A stretch of 64,000 nucleotides of DNA from an uncultured Verrucomicrobiae bacterium (GCA_963762565.1 CAVXLD010000001.1:352001-416000), one strand, 5' to 3'. Positions 31,120 through 41,351 are shown, numbered from the stretch's first letter. Notes: generated by a model from the letters alone, not told the origin. Numbers and translations are program-made.

Positions 31120-31854
31120 ATGCCGCAGAAAATTCTGAATCAACGTGGCTCCCTATTATCAATTGAGGTGGCAATCTTGTTCCATCTGTTATTGCCCACC
31201 GCAACCTGGCAAGCCCGGGCCGAGACGGCGCAAACGCCGTATCCGGTAATGGCTCCTCTCGATCAGTATCTGATGCCGGATCAAAGCTCGGAAATCGCTC
31301 TGGCGCGAAGCGCAGCTCCCAAGTCTGTCTCTGACGAGGCCGAAGTGCTGGTTCTTGGGCGAGACGGATACAAGACCGCAGTCAAAGGCAAGAATGGCTT
31401 TGTCTGTATGGTGGAAAGATCATGGACGGCCCCGAGCGATGATCCGGACTTCTGGAATCCGAAAATCCGCTCCCCCATTTGTTTCAATGCACCGGCTGGG
31501 CGGACCTACCTGCCCATCACGCTGATGAAGACGCAATTGATCCTGGCAGGAAAATCGAAGGACGAAATGTTCAAGGCGCTCGCGTCAGCATTGGATAACA
31601 AAGAACTGCCGCCGCTCGAGAATGGCGCGATGTGCTACATGATGTCAAAGCAGCAGTACTTGAGTGACCGAGCCAACTGCTGGCATCCCCATCTGATGTT
31701 CTTTGTTCCACTCATGGCTGCTGAAAGCTGGGGAGCTAACCTTCCTGGGACACCGATTGTCGCCGGCGAGGTCCCTGAAGACCGACTGACGATCTTCATG
31801 GTTCCTGTCGGTCACTGGTCCGACGGGACGGCAGCTCCAGTGTTTGGCGACTAA
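31120..31854 (+). CDS. Secreted hypothetical protein
   Basis: Signal-like N-terminus; EIALARSAAP, CMVERSW, CYMMSK, HPHLMF motifs. Confidence 0.7.
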   Translation: MPQKILNQRGSLLSIEVAILFHLLLPTATWQARAETAQTPYPVMAPLDQYLMPDQSSEIALARSAAPKSVSDEAEVLVLGRDGYKTAVKGKNGFVCMVERSWTAPSDDPDFWNPKIRSPICFNAPAGRTYLPITLMKTQLILAGKSKDEMFKALASALDNKELPPLENGAMCYMMSKQQYLSDRANCWHPHLMFFVPLMAAESWGANLPGTPIVAGEVPEDRLTIFMVPVGHWSDGTAAPVFGD

Positions 31855-32023
31855 CGCCGAAAGATAGCTGAATAATAGCGTTGGGGCGATAGAATAGAAA
31901 CCCTACTCTATTACCGGTTTCTAAAAAAATAGCGCTCTTATCGTAGACCGGCGTCGTCCCGCAAGAAGAGGATCAGCGAAATCTTCTAGCGATAGCGGCG
32001 GGTAACCTATCTCACACAGGACT

Positions 32024-32039
32024 AGTGACATACGTCACA
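32024..32039. promoter_or_regulatory. CRP/FNR-family-like operator palindrome
   Basis: AGTGA-catacg-TCACA, 9/10 match to TGTGA-N6-TCACA; perfect palindrome TAACATGTTA at 32049-32058. Confidence 0.35.
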
Positions 32040-32324
32040 CAGGGCCGATAACATGTTAGCACCCGTCCTCCAGGCATAAGTAACATTTACCTCATTCTGG
32101 ATCTGGATCATAGATAACTATTTAACTGTCCCTGGCTAATGCTCCTCACCGCGGTAATCGCTCCTGCCCCTTTCGGCATCTGCTTAAACGCGAGAGCCGG
32201 AAATACGCTTGATGATAAAGCGCCGGCAAACCGACAATTCGCTTCATGCTCAGGATTGCTTTCGATTACAATTTTTGTGAATTTGTTGGGCGCTATCATC
32301 AAATAGCCTCGAAAGAAACAACCC

Positions 32325-33420
32325 ATGGAAAAGTTACTCATAACTCTTGTCGCTCTAGCTGTATCTGTTACGGCTTGTAAAGCGCAGATTAAGGCCCCAG
32401 TCGGCATTTTTAGCCTGACCAAAGGTGATGATGCCGAGGTCGCGAATGACCTGGGATGGACGAACAGCAACCTAAGCGGCGTAGCAGTGCGAGCTACATT
32501 CGCTTTTGTTAATAGCGGCGGCCCAGGGAGCTATACCTGGACTAATATCGATCACGCGCAAGGCGCCGCTGATAGAAACCATAAAGCTTGGGCGCTCAGC
32601 TTTGATGCGTCTCAAGCTCCCCCTTGGATCTATGGGTCGACCGGCAATGTCGCTCCGTTTAACTTGTACGACTCAACTACTCCATGTACTCAAGATGGGC
32701 AACAAATACCCGCCCCTTGGGACAACAATTTCCAGTCGATCTGGAGTGCGCTAGCGCAAGCTGCCGCTGCTCGGTACGGGAATGACCCATATCTTGCTTA
32801 CATCACCTTCAGCGGACTAGGGCAATCGGGTTGAATCGTACCTGGCGAAAAACTCTTGTGAAGACACGGAAGCTGATAACGATGGGTTCCCGGACGCTTG
32901 GATCACGGCTGCGCATACTATCATCGGAGACTGGATCGTGCCTTGGGGCCAAGGGTACGGGATTATTTGTTTTCTTGCGACCGGACAACCCACAACCGGG
33001 GATGGGACGACCACGATGACGACGGTGGCCAACTATGGTCTCAACCATTACCCGAATTACTTCGGGCTAAAATCGTGCGGTTTGGGTAATAATTATCCGA
33101 ACAACGGCTATTTCCCGCACACCACGATAGCCATCAGCGGAATCGGAGACAACACTTCCGGCTGCTGGGTGGTCTACCAGCTCGTTGGGACGGTTCAAGG
33201 CACACACGAATCACTCTATTCGATGCTGAGCAATGGCCTTGCTAACAACGCTAATGCGATCGAAGTGTACGCCGAAGACGCTAATGACCCTCAAAAGCAA
33301 ACCGTTGTTGCGGAGTTTAATCAGGACCTGATCACCGCTAGCGGCTACAGCTACTTAGAACGTACTAGGAAACTTTTGATCGCAAAGACGCAGCCAAAAT
33401 TAGAAAACAAAAGACACTAA
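32325..33420 (+). pseudogene. Secreted glycoside-hydrolase-like (GH42/clan-A TIM barrel-like) gene split by a 1-bp insertion near 32829
   Basis: Signal peptide; PPWIY, PAPWD, RYGNDP motifs; removing one G from TCGGGTTGAA gives continuous ...GLGQSVESYLAKN... joining ORF 32938-33420. Confidence 0.7.
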
Positions 33421-33500
33421 CGTTCCAAAGGACCGGGAGTCTTAACGAATTTAAGTAAAGATTTAGTTCCAAATCACGACTCTCGTTCGACTTGAAAGCT

Positions 33501-33526
33501 GGGCTGCTCCGGAAACGAAGCAGCCC
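33501..33526 (+). terminator. Putative intrinsic terminator
   Basis: GGGCTGCT...AGCAGCCC stem followed by TTAATTTT. Confidence 0.5.
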
Positions 33527-33627
33527 TTAATTTTGGCTTGCCTCCAGAATCGGGTGTTCACCAACCCGCGATCGGCAGTCCTCTTGGAGCGTCCGGCGCC
33601 TTTTCCTGGTAGGCCGGCTCAAGATTT

Positions 33628-34335
33628 GTGAGAATGGATGGCATGCCGGTTAATAGACCTCCAGTGATTAGAAGTCAGGACAGGATCGATGTCCGGCTGA
33701 CCGAGGAGGCCGAGTACCGAATCCCGTTCACGTTCATCGAGGCGCTGAACGAAGGAGCACTCGCTGATCGTCCAGCGCACGCCTTCCTTGATGCAGCACG
33801 GGAGCGCCGATTATTTCACGTTCTGAACCGGACGACCGACAACATTATTGGCACCGGCGTCATTCAATTGTCGTCCGAATCCGCGCAGCAAGCGGAGGTT
33901 GGCGGCCTGTTGTTCCACCCAGGCGCGCGCGGGTTCGGACTGGCAGCGCTCTTAGTGAAAATTATGATGGTTTACGCCATTAAAGAGAGCGGACGAGATT
34001 CGCCGGACGAAAAGTATCTCGCCCATGTGGTAGACGGCAACGGGGCTCCACTCCACGCCCTGCTCGATGCCGGCTTCAGGCCAATCGGACCTATCGACGT
34101 GAAACGGGGCGAGATCGATGCGGTCATTGATCATATGATTAAGGAGGGGGAATCTGCGGTTCGTATCCAGGGCTTTGTCTTCGATCGCGAGGCGATCGGA
34201 AGGTTAGTCTTGGCTCTTTGGAAGTTCGTTAATGAGGATGACGGCACCATCACTCGATCCGCCCCGACCGGTGATCATTTCCGAATTACGGTCGATTTTT
34301 CGCGCGTTATCCCGCCAGTCCACCTCCGTCTGTAG
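33628..34335 (+). CDS. GNAT family acetyltransferase
   Basis: AEVGGLLFHPGARGFGLA acetyl-CoA motif A; AGF motif. Confidence 0.7.
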   Translation: MRMDGMPVNRPPVIRSQDRIDVRLTEEAEYRIPFTFIEALNEGALADRPAHAFLDAARERRLFHVLNRTTDNIIGTGVIQLSSESAQQAEVGGLLFHPGARGFGLAALLVKIMMVYAIKESGRDSPDEKYLAHVVDGNGAPLHALLDAGFRPIGPIDVKRGEIDAVIDHMIKEGESAVRIQGFVFDREAIGRLVLALWKFVNEDDGTITRSAPTGDHFRITVDFSRVIPPVHLRL

Positions 34336-34353
34336 CTCCAGCAACGATCTCTT

Positions 34354-34620
34354 TTAAAGTGAGACTTGCCATTCGATGAGGAGGATTTCCTCCGCCTTAC
34401 GGAGCGCCGCTTCCGCGGCTTCACAGAGACGGGTGGACCACTTGATTTCCCCGTCCCACTCGTCGTCCGGGGCAATACGGGTAAGGCATTGCCAGCGTAG
34501 GCTCCAGCCTTTGGGATCGCTCTTTACTTGCGCTGTCCTGCCAGAATAACAACACAAGAAACGTTTATCTTCCTTTTCCTCGTCAGGAACCAAATTCCAC
34601 GTGAACAGACCAACTTTCAC
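34354..34620 (-). CDS. Small hypothetical protein
   Basis: Compact Trp/Cys-rich ORF between two genes. Confidence 0.45.
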   Translation of the reverse strand: MKVGLFTWNLVPDEEKEDKRFLCCYSGRTAQVKSDPKGWSLRWQCLTRIAPDDEWDGEIKWSTRLCEAAEAALRKAEEILLIEWQVSL

Positions 34621-34784
34621 GGGACTTCATTTTAACACGAGAGCTACCCTCGAAGTCAAGTTTCGTCAAGAGCCTAGTGCGATTCACGATCAGACGCTTT
34701 AAGAGGGTTCGCCGGCCAGAAGCCGGCGATATCTCTTCTTGAGTAGCTTCTGTTTGCCTCTTTATGGTTTGCGCCAACCGAAGG

Positions 34785-36869
34785 CTATTTGGTGGTAAAT
34801 AGGAACCCGTTAAAGGTAGCACCACCTTTGTTAACACCGTATACGGAGAAGTGATACTGCTCCTTAGGAAGCAGGTCTTTGAAAGTAATGTTTGTTTCCT
34901 TCGTTACGAAGCATTCGAAGAAATCGTGCTGGGGGAGGAATAGGCCAATGACATAGCCGGTCGCCCGTTTGGCGCTCGTCCAATGGAAAGCTGCGGAAGT
35001 GTCCGTCAGAGTGGGGTCAAAAATCCTCGAGTAGCCGGGAGGCCTGCCACCGGTCACGGACGATAAGATTTGCACCCCAAATCCGCCGCCAAAAATCGTG
35101 CCGGCCCCGGTGCAATTATTGTAACCGAACCCGGCATTGTATCCAGGCGTGCCGTACATGCTGGAGTCGCCGTTCGTGCCATCAATGACTGAGTACAAGA
35201 GAGGACCGTTAACAATGTTGTCGGTGTTATAAAAAGTGGGATTGAAGAAGCCTAGCCTGTTACCGGTTACGTATTCGAGGCCGGCGTTTAGAATGCTGAT
35301 GTACCCAGCCCACAGGGGAGTCGAGACACCTGTTCCTCCCATCTGAAGCCAACCACCGTTCATCTTAGAGTAGGCGGCAACCCCGGTAAACGGGTCGCCG
35401 ACGGCCGCTACGTCCGGCACATTGCGATAGGTCGATGATCCGCCGTTGGTGGTTACATAGGATGGAGCCTGCCATGACGGGATTGGCCAATAAGAACTGA
35501 AACCACCTCCGCTGGCGCCTCCACCACTGAAGAGCCCGAGACGATCCCAGACCGCTTCAGCCAGGCGGACTTCATGCGGGCCGGTAGACAGATTAGTCGC
35601 GCCCACACAAGTCACCAATGGCTGTGCTCCTGGATCTGTAACTTCCAGTTGTGCTGGGTAAACCGAAGTCCCAGTTTGGCCATAGGCGCCGCCGTTACCG
35701 GAGCAAGCTAGAACCGTGATGCCTTGGGCGGCCAACTGAGTGAGCGCCGTGTTTTCAGCCGCGAGCTGGGAGTCGCCTTGCGTGACTTCGTCAAGTCCGT
35801 AAGAAATGCTGAGGATCGCCGCTTTATTATCTGATGCCACTTTATCTAACGCATCAATGAGCGCGACTGCGAAAGGATCGGTCCCATCTTCGTAGACCAG
35901 TACTTCTTTGACGCCTGGGTTAATACCGATAACCAGCTCGATATCCAGAACGGCTTGCAACTCGACACTAGCGTTGTTGCGATCAACGCTGCCGTTGTAT
36001 CCGTTAACGCCGACAAATTTTACCGGGCGGTTCGGCAATTGCATCCGCTCGAGGTATTTTTGAACATCGGATGGATAGAAACCATTCTGTTCAAAAACGG
36101 CAACGGTTTGGGGAGCAACATCCCCGAACTTTGGGATCTTGTAGACCGAACGTAGGTCCGAGGGGGAATAAGCTCCGCCGGGGCCAGTTCCACCAGCGGT
36201 GTCGGTCCCGATTTCTGGAGCGATTGGATCTTCGCCGAAGGCTTGATGGACTTTGGCAAGCGGGGCGTACTGAAGACTATTGGTTAGACCAATCACACCT
36301 GTCACCTTCGCGGCGATTGGATCCGGGATGGTCGGCTCAACGCTGGCAGAGTAGAATTCCTGGCCGTCTGGTGCCCGGTAATTGTTAAGCTGAGTCTTGA
36401 AAAGGGTTTGAAATTGGGCGGCTGGTCCTCGCACGGTTAAGAACGTCCGAGCCACGGATTCGTGGACAATGGCTATCCCGTTAGCGGCTGCCCACTCTTT
36501 TAAGGTGGCGTAGTCGCCGGCATCCGCACCATATCGTTCAGCGAACTCATTGGGGGTGATGTATTGACGATAGAGCGGATCTTTTGGATTGGAGACACGT
36601 TGAACAAATTCAGCAGCGCCTTTGCTGTCACTAAGGGGTAACGAAAGGATCACACTGATTTGCTTTTCCGGATCGACCGTTGAGAGCAACGTCGAAGTAG
36701 CCACCATCGGCGACAATTCAAGAGCAGCGGCTTTAGCCGCCAGACTGCCGGTTACCGACGTTAGCGACATCAGAGCACCGAGCGCTATACTGCCTAATCG
36801 ATGCCCGATGACATTTCCAAACAAACGAACCGGTGCGGTTCGCTCCTTCTTTGTAAATAAGCCGTCCAT
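34785..36869 (-). CDS. Sedolisin (S53) family protein with prodomain and FN3-like C-terminus, catalytic residues substituted
   Basis: Pro-kumamolisin-like prodomain (YRQYITPNEFAERYG), SISYG, RNVPDVAA; QAVLD, SGNGG, GGTGVS in place of ExxxD, SGDxG, GGTS. Confidence 0.85.
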   Translation of the reverse strand: MDGLFTKKERTAPVRLFGNVIGHRLGSIALGALMSLTSVTGSLAAKAAALELSPMVATSTLLSTVDPEKQISVILSLPLSDSKGAAEFVQRVSNPKDPLYRQYITPNEFAERYGADAGDYATLKEWAAANGIAIVHESVARTFLTVRGPAAQFQTLFKTQLNNYRAPDGQEFYSASVEPTIPDPIAAKVTGVIGLTNSLQYAPLAKVHQAFGEDPIAPEIGTDTAGGTGPGGAYSPSDLRSVYKIPKFGDVAPQTVAVFEQNGFYPSDVQKYLERMQLPNRPVKFVGVNGYNGSVDRNNASVELQAVLDIELVIGINPGVKEVLVYEDGTDPFAVALIDALDKVASDNKAAILSISYGLDEVTQGDSQLAAENTALTQLAAQGITVLACSGNGGAYGQTGTSVYPAQLEVTDPGAQPLVTCVGATNLSTGPHEVRLAEAVWDRLGLFSGGGASGGGFSSYWPIPSWQAPSYVTTNGGSSTYRNVPDVAAVGDPFTGVAAYSKMNGGWLQMGGTGVSTPLWAGYISILNAGLEYVTGNRLGFFNPTFYNTDNIVNGPLLYSVIDGTNGDSSMYGTPGYNAGFGYNNCTGAGTIFGGGFGVQILSSVTGGRPPGYSRIFDPTLTDTSAAFHWTSAKRATGYVIGLFLPQHDFFECFVTKETNITFKDLLPKEQYHFSVYGVNKGGATFNGFLFTTK

Positions 36870-37020
36870 ATTTTGTAGAATGCCCAGGCTTATCAGATCG
36901 GAGGGAGAAAATTCGGAAATGACATTTCTTTGGTAGTCGGATCTGCCCGGGGAAAACCTCGTCGTGTATCATTCAAAAAATGGCTAGACAAGACTTTTGG
37001 AAAGTTTTTTGCGTAGTCCG

Positions 37021-37152
37021 ATGCCGGTCCTGCCGCAATCGGTGAGGCTCCAGCTACCAAGAGGGGAAACTGAGCTACGAATTGCGATTGCTTTTGACGG
37101 CTCTGGCAACGTCCGTGAGACGCATGTCGTCAAAAGCTCCGGCGTACCGGCT
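37021..37152 (+). pseudogene. TonB C-terminal-domain-like fragment
   Basis: IAFDGSGNVRETHVVKSSGVPA resembles TonB-C; similarity ends at the stop codon of the convergent gene. Confidence 0.4.
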
Positions 37153-37364
37153 CAACGCTTCTTCGCCGCCATCACGCGCGAAACAAAGACTTCTGCAATG
37201 GGAATCTCATCAGGATACAGCCACACGGAGATTTTCTCTTCAGTCGTGTCTGTAATCAGTTCACTGCTTTTCACTCGATAGCGGTAGGCAATCAGCCGCA
37301 TGGCGCCGTCTAATGTCAAAGAATCCAATTTGGATCCGTCGGTAAAGTGGATGACGCAGCTCAT
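37152..37364 (-). CDS. Small hypothetical protein
   Basis: 70-aa ORF from ATG 37364. Confidence 0.5.
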   Translation of the reverse strand: MSCVIHFTDGSKLDSLTLDGAMRLIAYRYRVKSSELITDTTEEKISVWLYPDEIPIAEVFVSRVMAAKKR

Positions 37365-37780
37365 GGTCTTTTCAGGTATGCGGGTTCGACGAAAGCAATT
37401 AGCGCACACTCTTGTTGAAGCCGATTGCGAATCGACGAAACAGGGGGGCCGAAATGATTCATTGTAGGAATTGTTTCCTTTGGACTACGAGCCTCCGAAT
37501 TTGTCTCACGTCACTCATTAAGCAGGCCTGATGCCCAAATCCGCTCCCAGCCGGCCTAACCCCGTTCGCGTTGCAATTCGCCTCGGGAAATGAAGATCAA
37601 CTTTCTTTTACCGCTTATAATTTAGGCCTGAGCAGATGGAAGAAAGTTTCAAAATCGGAATCCAATTGTCCCAGTCTTGGAACGCCCGAGAAACGAGCGA
37701 CAGCCGGTAAGGCGATCCGCGACGATGAGGGGATCTACGAAGGATTCGCCGGCGGCAAGCCGGCCATATGCCTTCCTAGG

Positions 37781-38073
37781 TAGTGTCCTGTCCCATAAAT
37801 AACGTGGCTTTCGCCGGCGGTCAGTTGGCTGTTTTTCAAGGCGCGAGCGAAGCGCCCCTATCTGGTTCATACGGGTCGAGCGAGCAACGCGGAAAAACAG
37901 CCAACTGGCCACGGCCGGAGGGTTGCGATGAAAATGGGCCGGCGGCTGCGTTGCTCGTCGGTTACGTATCGATCAAGATATGCGCCCTCTACCGCCAGTC
38001 CGGCTCGGACCGCCTTGCCGGCGGCCCATTTTGATCGCAACGAAAGCCACGTTATTTATGGGACAGGACACTA
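37781..38073. mobile_element. MITE with perfect 33-bp terminal inverted repeats
   Basis: TAGTGTCCTGTCCCATAAATAACGTGGCTTTCG at 37781-37813, exact reverse complement at 38041-38073; internal hairpins; no transposase. Confidence 0.85.
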
Positions 38074-38119
38074 GCTTTCGCTTTGCATCCTTGCGGTTTG
38101 GCGTGAGGCTTTTCGTACT

Positions 38120-38890
38120 ATGGCGCGCGTATTTATTACCGGATCTTCGGACGGGTTGGGCCTGATGGCCGCTCAATTGGTGTTAGAGCAAGGGCATCGG
38201 GTCGTTCTACATGCTCGGAACGAGCAAAGAGCAAAAGACGCTCTGGCGGCGGCGCCTGGTGCTGAAGCAGTGGTCGTTGGCGATCTGGCCGGCATCGCCC
38301 AGACCCGGCAAGTAGCGGAACAAGTCAATGACAAGGGCGTATTCGATGCCGTGATCCATAACGCTGCGGTCGGTTACCACGAGCCTAAACGATTGGTAAC
38401 TGACGATGGTCTACCTCACGTTTTTGCGATCAATACTTTAGCGCCATACATCTTGACCGGCTTGATTCAAAAACCGAAACGGCTGATTTACTTAAGCTCG
38501 GGACTCCATCGAAGCGGCGACATTACGCTAGACGATCTGGCTTGGGAAAAACGTCGATGGAACGGTGCCCAGGCCTACTCGGACACTAAGTTCCACGATG
38601 TGTTGCTAGCGTTCGCCGTCGCGCGTCTTTGGCCGGATGTATTCTCCAATGCACTTGAGCCGGGCTGGGTGGCAACCAAAATGGGTGGGGCCGGCGCCCC
38701 TGATGACCTGGACAGGGCGCATCGGACGCAAGTCTGGCTGGCAGTGAGCGACGACCCGGCCGCAACCGTAACCGGTGAATATTTTTATCATCAGAAACTG
38801 CGTTCTCCCAACCCGGCAACCCGCGACCTTGACCGCCAGGAAGAGCTACTCAGATTCTGTGAAAAGTGTTCCGGAGTGAAGCTGCCGTGA
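38120..38890 (+). CDS. SDR oxidoreductase
   Basis: TGSSDGLG, HNAA, YSDTK, PGWVATKMG. Confidence 0.88.
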   Translation: MARVFITGSSDGLGLMAAQLVLEQGHRVVLHARNEQRAKDALAAAPGAEAVVVGDLAGIAQTRQVAEQVNDKGVFDAVIHNAAVGYHEPKRLVTDDGLPHVFAINTLAPYILTGLIQKPKRLIYLSSGLHRSGDITLDDLAWEKRRWNGAQAYSDTKFHDVLLAFAVARLWPDVFSNALEPGWVATKMGGAGAPDDLDRAHRTQVWLAVSDDPAATVTGEYFYHQKLRSPNPATRDLDRQEELLRFCEKCSGVKLP

Positions 38891-39005
38891 GCCAACAGCC
38901 AAGCCTATGAATCTCGACCCACAAAACGATCTTGAGCTTGCGCTGATTCTTGCCGCGAAAGATCCGGCGGCGCGTCCCGCTTTTATTCGGAGGCTCGTGG
39001 AATCT

Positions 39006-39197
39006 CTACAAATAACCAACGCGTTTCAAAAACCCCGCTAATCTGGCGAGCGTACATTTATCAGGCTGAATCCTACCACACAGCCAATCCCATAAAACAG
39101 AGCGCCTGATACCTAGTTTCGTCGCCGTTTGACGATCACTCTCCTTGGAGTCCTTTGTGTACCGGCCCAACGCATCCAAAACCTCGTCGGTGGTCAT
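39006..39197 (-). CDS. Small XRE/Cro-like HTH protein
   Basis: SDRQTATKLGIRRSVLWDWLCGRIQP helix-turn-helix pattern. Confidence 0.6.
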   Translation of the reverse strand: MTTDEVLDALGRYTKDSKESDRQTATKLGIRRSVLWDWLCGRIQPDKCTLARLAGFLKRVGYL

Positions 39198-39578
39198 AGC
39201 GAGAACACGTTTTAGGAAAAATTGGGGAGATTGTCTATTCTTTTAGTGGAGAATTGATATTTTGGTCCGCGGACACCTTCGGCAGCTCAGGAATGCTGAA
39301 TCCAGATGCTTTTGCTCGAAATCGATCAATCCACCGAAACCGCGCATTGTGGAGCTGGAAATTGGGACCCGCTCTGTTGGAGGAGATGGTCAGGCGTGAG
39401 GCATCCAACTCGAAACCTGACGCGAACTTCACCTAGCCATACTCCAGCGCATCCGGGAAGAGTTGGGAGAGTGACATCCAAAATTGCAGAGAGAACTAAG
39501 GGTTCTCGGCTCACATTGAGCGTTCAAATAGCTGGTTCGCTAGCAGGGTGCACTCGTGGCCCAGTTCGTCGCGCAAAA

Positions 39579-39917
39579 TCACACGGCAGCCTCGCCGCGT
39601 TCGCCAGTCCTTATGCGAATCGCCTGCTGAATCGGAACAACGAACACCTTCCCATCGTTGATCCGGCCCGTGCGGGCCTTACCAAGGATGGCGCGGACCG
39701 TTCGATTGACGCGATTGTCGGCAACCACGATCTCAAATTTAAGCTTCGGCAGAAATTCGCTGACGTATTCGCCGCTGGGAGAGATTTCGCCATGATGGGT
39801 ATGCCGACCTAACATCTTTACCTCACTGACGGTGACTCCCTCGATGCCGATCTCGATTAAGGCTTCCCTTACGTCTGCCAACTTGAAGGGCTTGATAATC
39901 GCCTCGATTTTTTTCAT
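39579..39917 (-). CDS. glnB: PII signal transduction protein, divergent T-loop
   Basis: 112 aa, MKKIEAIIKPFKL...FLPKLK...DGKVF...IRIRTGE; RBS GGGAGG-like upstream region not clear. Confidence 0.85.
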   Translation of the reverse strand: MKKIEAIIKPFKLADVREALIEIGIEGVTVSEVKMLGRHTHHGEISPSGEYVSEFLPKLKFEIVVADNRVNRTVRAILGKARTGRINDGKVFVVPIQQAIRIRTGERGEAAV

Positions 39918-40215
39918 TTCCGGGAGGTCCTATTTCAATAAAACCCTTCAACGAAGGCGTATCGTTAGTCAATCGATTTGCCTTTGAAGCGTATGACGTG
40001 ACTAGCCAATTTCCGGGAAGGAGTTTCAAAGCCGCCGCTACGTGGAACGTGGCTCGGAGATCTCTTAAGCCTTGCTCGATCGACAGAATTAACTCGCCGC
40101 AAGGGGTCCCCCATTCTCACCTCTCATAGCAAAGCCATCACCGATCGTCCCGACCGGTGACCGTTCTTCACACTGCATCGCTCAACGCTCGGCTTGTTCG
40201 CATCACTCTGTATGT

Positions 40216-40713
40216 ATGAAATGGAAATCTTTAGTCCTATGCGCTGCGGCGCTTGCGGGTTTTGCCACACTGTATGCGCAAGATCAAAGCGCCTCGACGT
40301 CGGCATCACCGTCCTCCACAGGAGCTGAAAAACAGCATGGATGGGGCCGTCATCACCGATTTGCTCACTTCTTGAAGCAATTGAATCTGACCGATTCCCA
40401 GAAGCAGCAGCTGAAACAATATTTCTCGGATAACAAGCAAACCTTCAAGACTGACAGGTTGAATTTGCTGAAGGCGAAACAGGCCGTTAATTCGGCGATT
40501 GAGAAGAACCCAAGCGATGCTTCGACCATTCGTTCGCTTTCTGCGAACGTCGCCAGCGCGCGAACCGATTTGGTAGCTCAACGCGCGAAATTCGACGTGT
40601 TTCTGCAGTCGATTTTAACGTCGGAACAGAAGCAAACTCTAGCTGGGATGCAACAGAAGCGTGATGCAAAAATACAGGCTCATATCTATCGCCTGAGCCA
40701 GTCCGTCAGTTAA
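40216..40713 (+). CDS. Spy/CpxP (LTXXQ motif) periplasmic protein
   Basis: Signal peptide; LNLTDSQKQQ and ILTSEQK motifs. Confidence 0.8.
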   Translation: MKWKSLVLCAAALAGFATLYAQDQSASTSASPSSTGAEKQHGWGRHHRFAHFLKQLNLTDSQKQQLKQYFSDNKQTFKTDRLNLLKAKQAVNSAIEKNPSDASTIRSLSANVASARTDLVAQRAKFDVFLQSILTSEQKQTLAGMQQKRDAKIQAHIYRLSQSVS

Positions 40714-40746
40714 CAATGGTCCTCGTCTAGTTGGTGGAATAAAACA

Positions 40747-40774
40747 GGCCGCGCGCCAGTCACGGTGCGCGGTC
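40747..40774. terminator. Hairpin between convergent genes, likely terminator
   Basis: GGCCGCGCGCC...GGTGCGCGGTC stem with A-rich and T-rich flanks. Confidence 0.5.
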
Positions 40775-40780
40775 TTTCGT

Positions 40781-41242
40781 CTACTGAAATGGGTCCCCTG
40801 CTACTGGACTGAAGACAGTCTTACTGACGTCGCGCACACGGTCATTGCCGAAATGCTGAATCAGCTTTGCTTTTAGCTCGCTAAAAATCCGCTTGCTGAG
40901 TATCGACGCGCCAATCGGTGTAGGCCCACTAATATCGAGCTCCAAACGACCGGGATTTGAATACTGCCAAAGTAAGATAAATGCTATACGAGCCGAAAAG
41001 GGACTTTTCTTGCCGCCTTGATATGAAGCAATCATATCAGAGCTCACCAATACCTGCGGCTCAAGGTCGTACTCTTTGGCAGTATCTGCGAGCAACCCTT
41101 TCACGTAGAGAACATCCGTAGAGTCAATAATGAGGGCGCCGCTTTTCGGACGCACATCCAGGGCTTGCCTTTCCACACAGCCGGTGAGCGTCAAAAGGCC
41201 GAGCGACACGATCAAAGCCGCAGCTGTAGAAAATATTCGCAT
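40781..41242 (-). CDS. Hypothetical lipoprotein
   Basis: MRIF...LTLTGC lipobox. Confidence 0.6.
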   Translation of the reverse strand: MRIFSTAAALIVSLGLLTLTGCVERQALDVRPKSGALIIDSTDVLYVKGLLADTAKEYDLEPQVLVSSDMIASYQGGKKSPFSARIAFILLWQYSNPGRLELDISGPTPIGASILSKRIFSELKAKLIQHFGNDRVRDVSKTVFSPVAGDPFQ

Positions 41243-41351
41243 TTTGCTTTGATCATTACACGCGACATATCGCTGCCACGTCTCCCGCGTCACTGTACAA
41301 AATGTGCAGTTCCATGATCAGGTAGCCCTTGCAACGGCACGCAAAAAAAAA

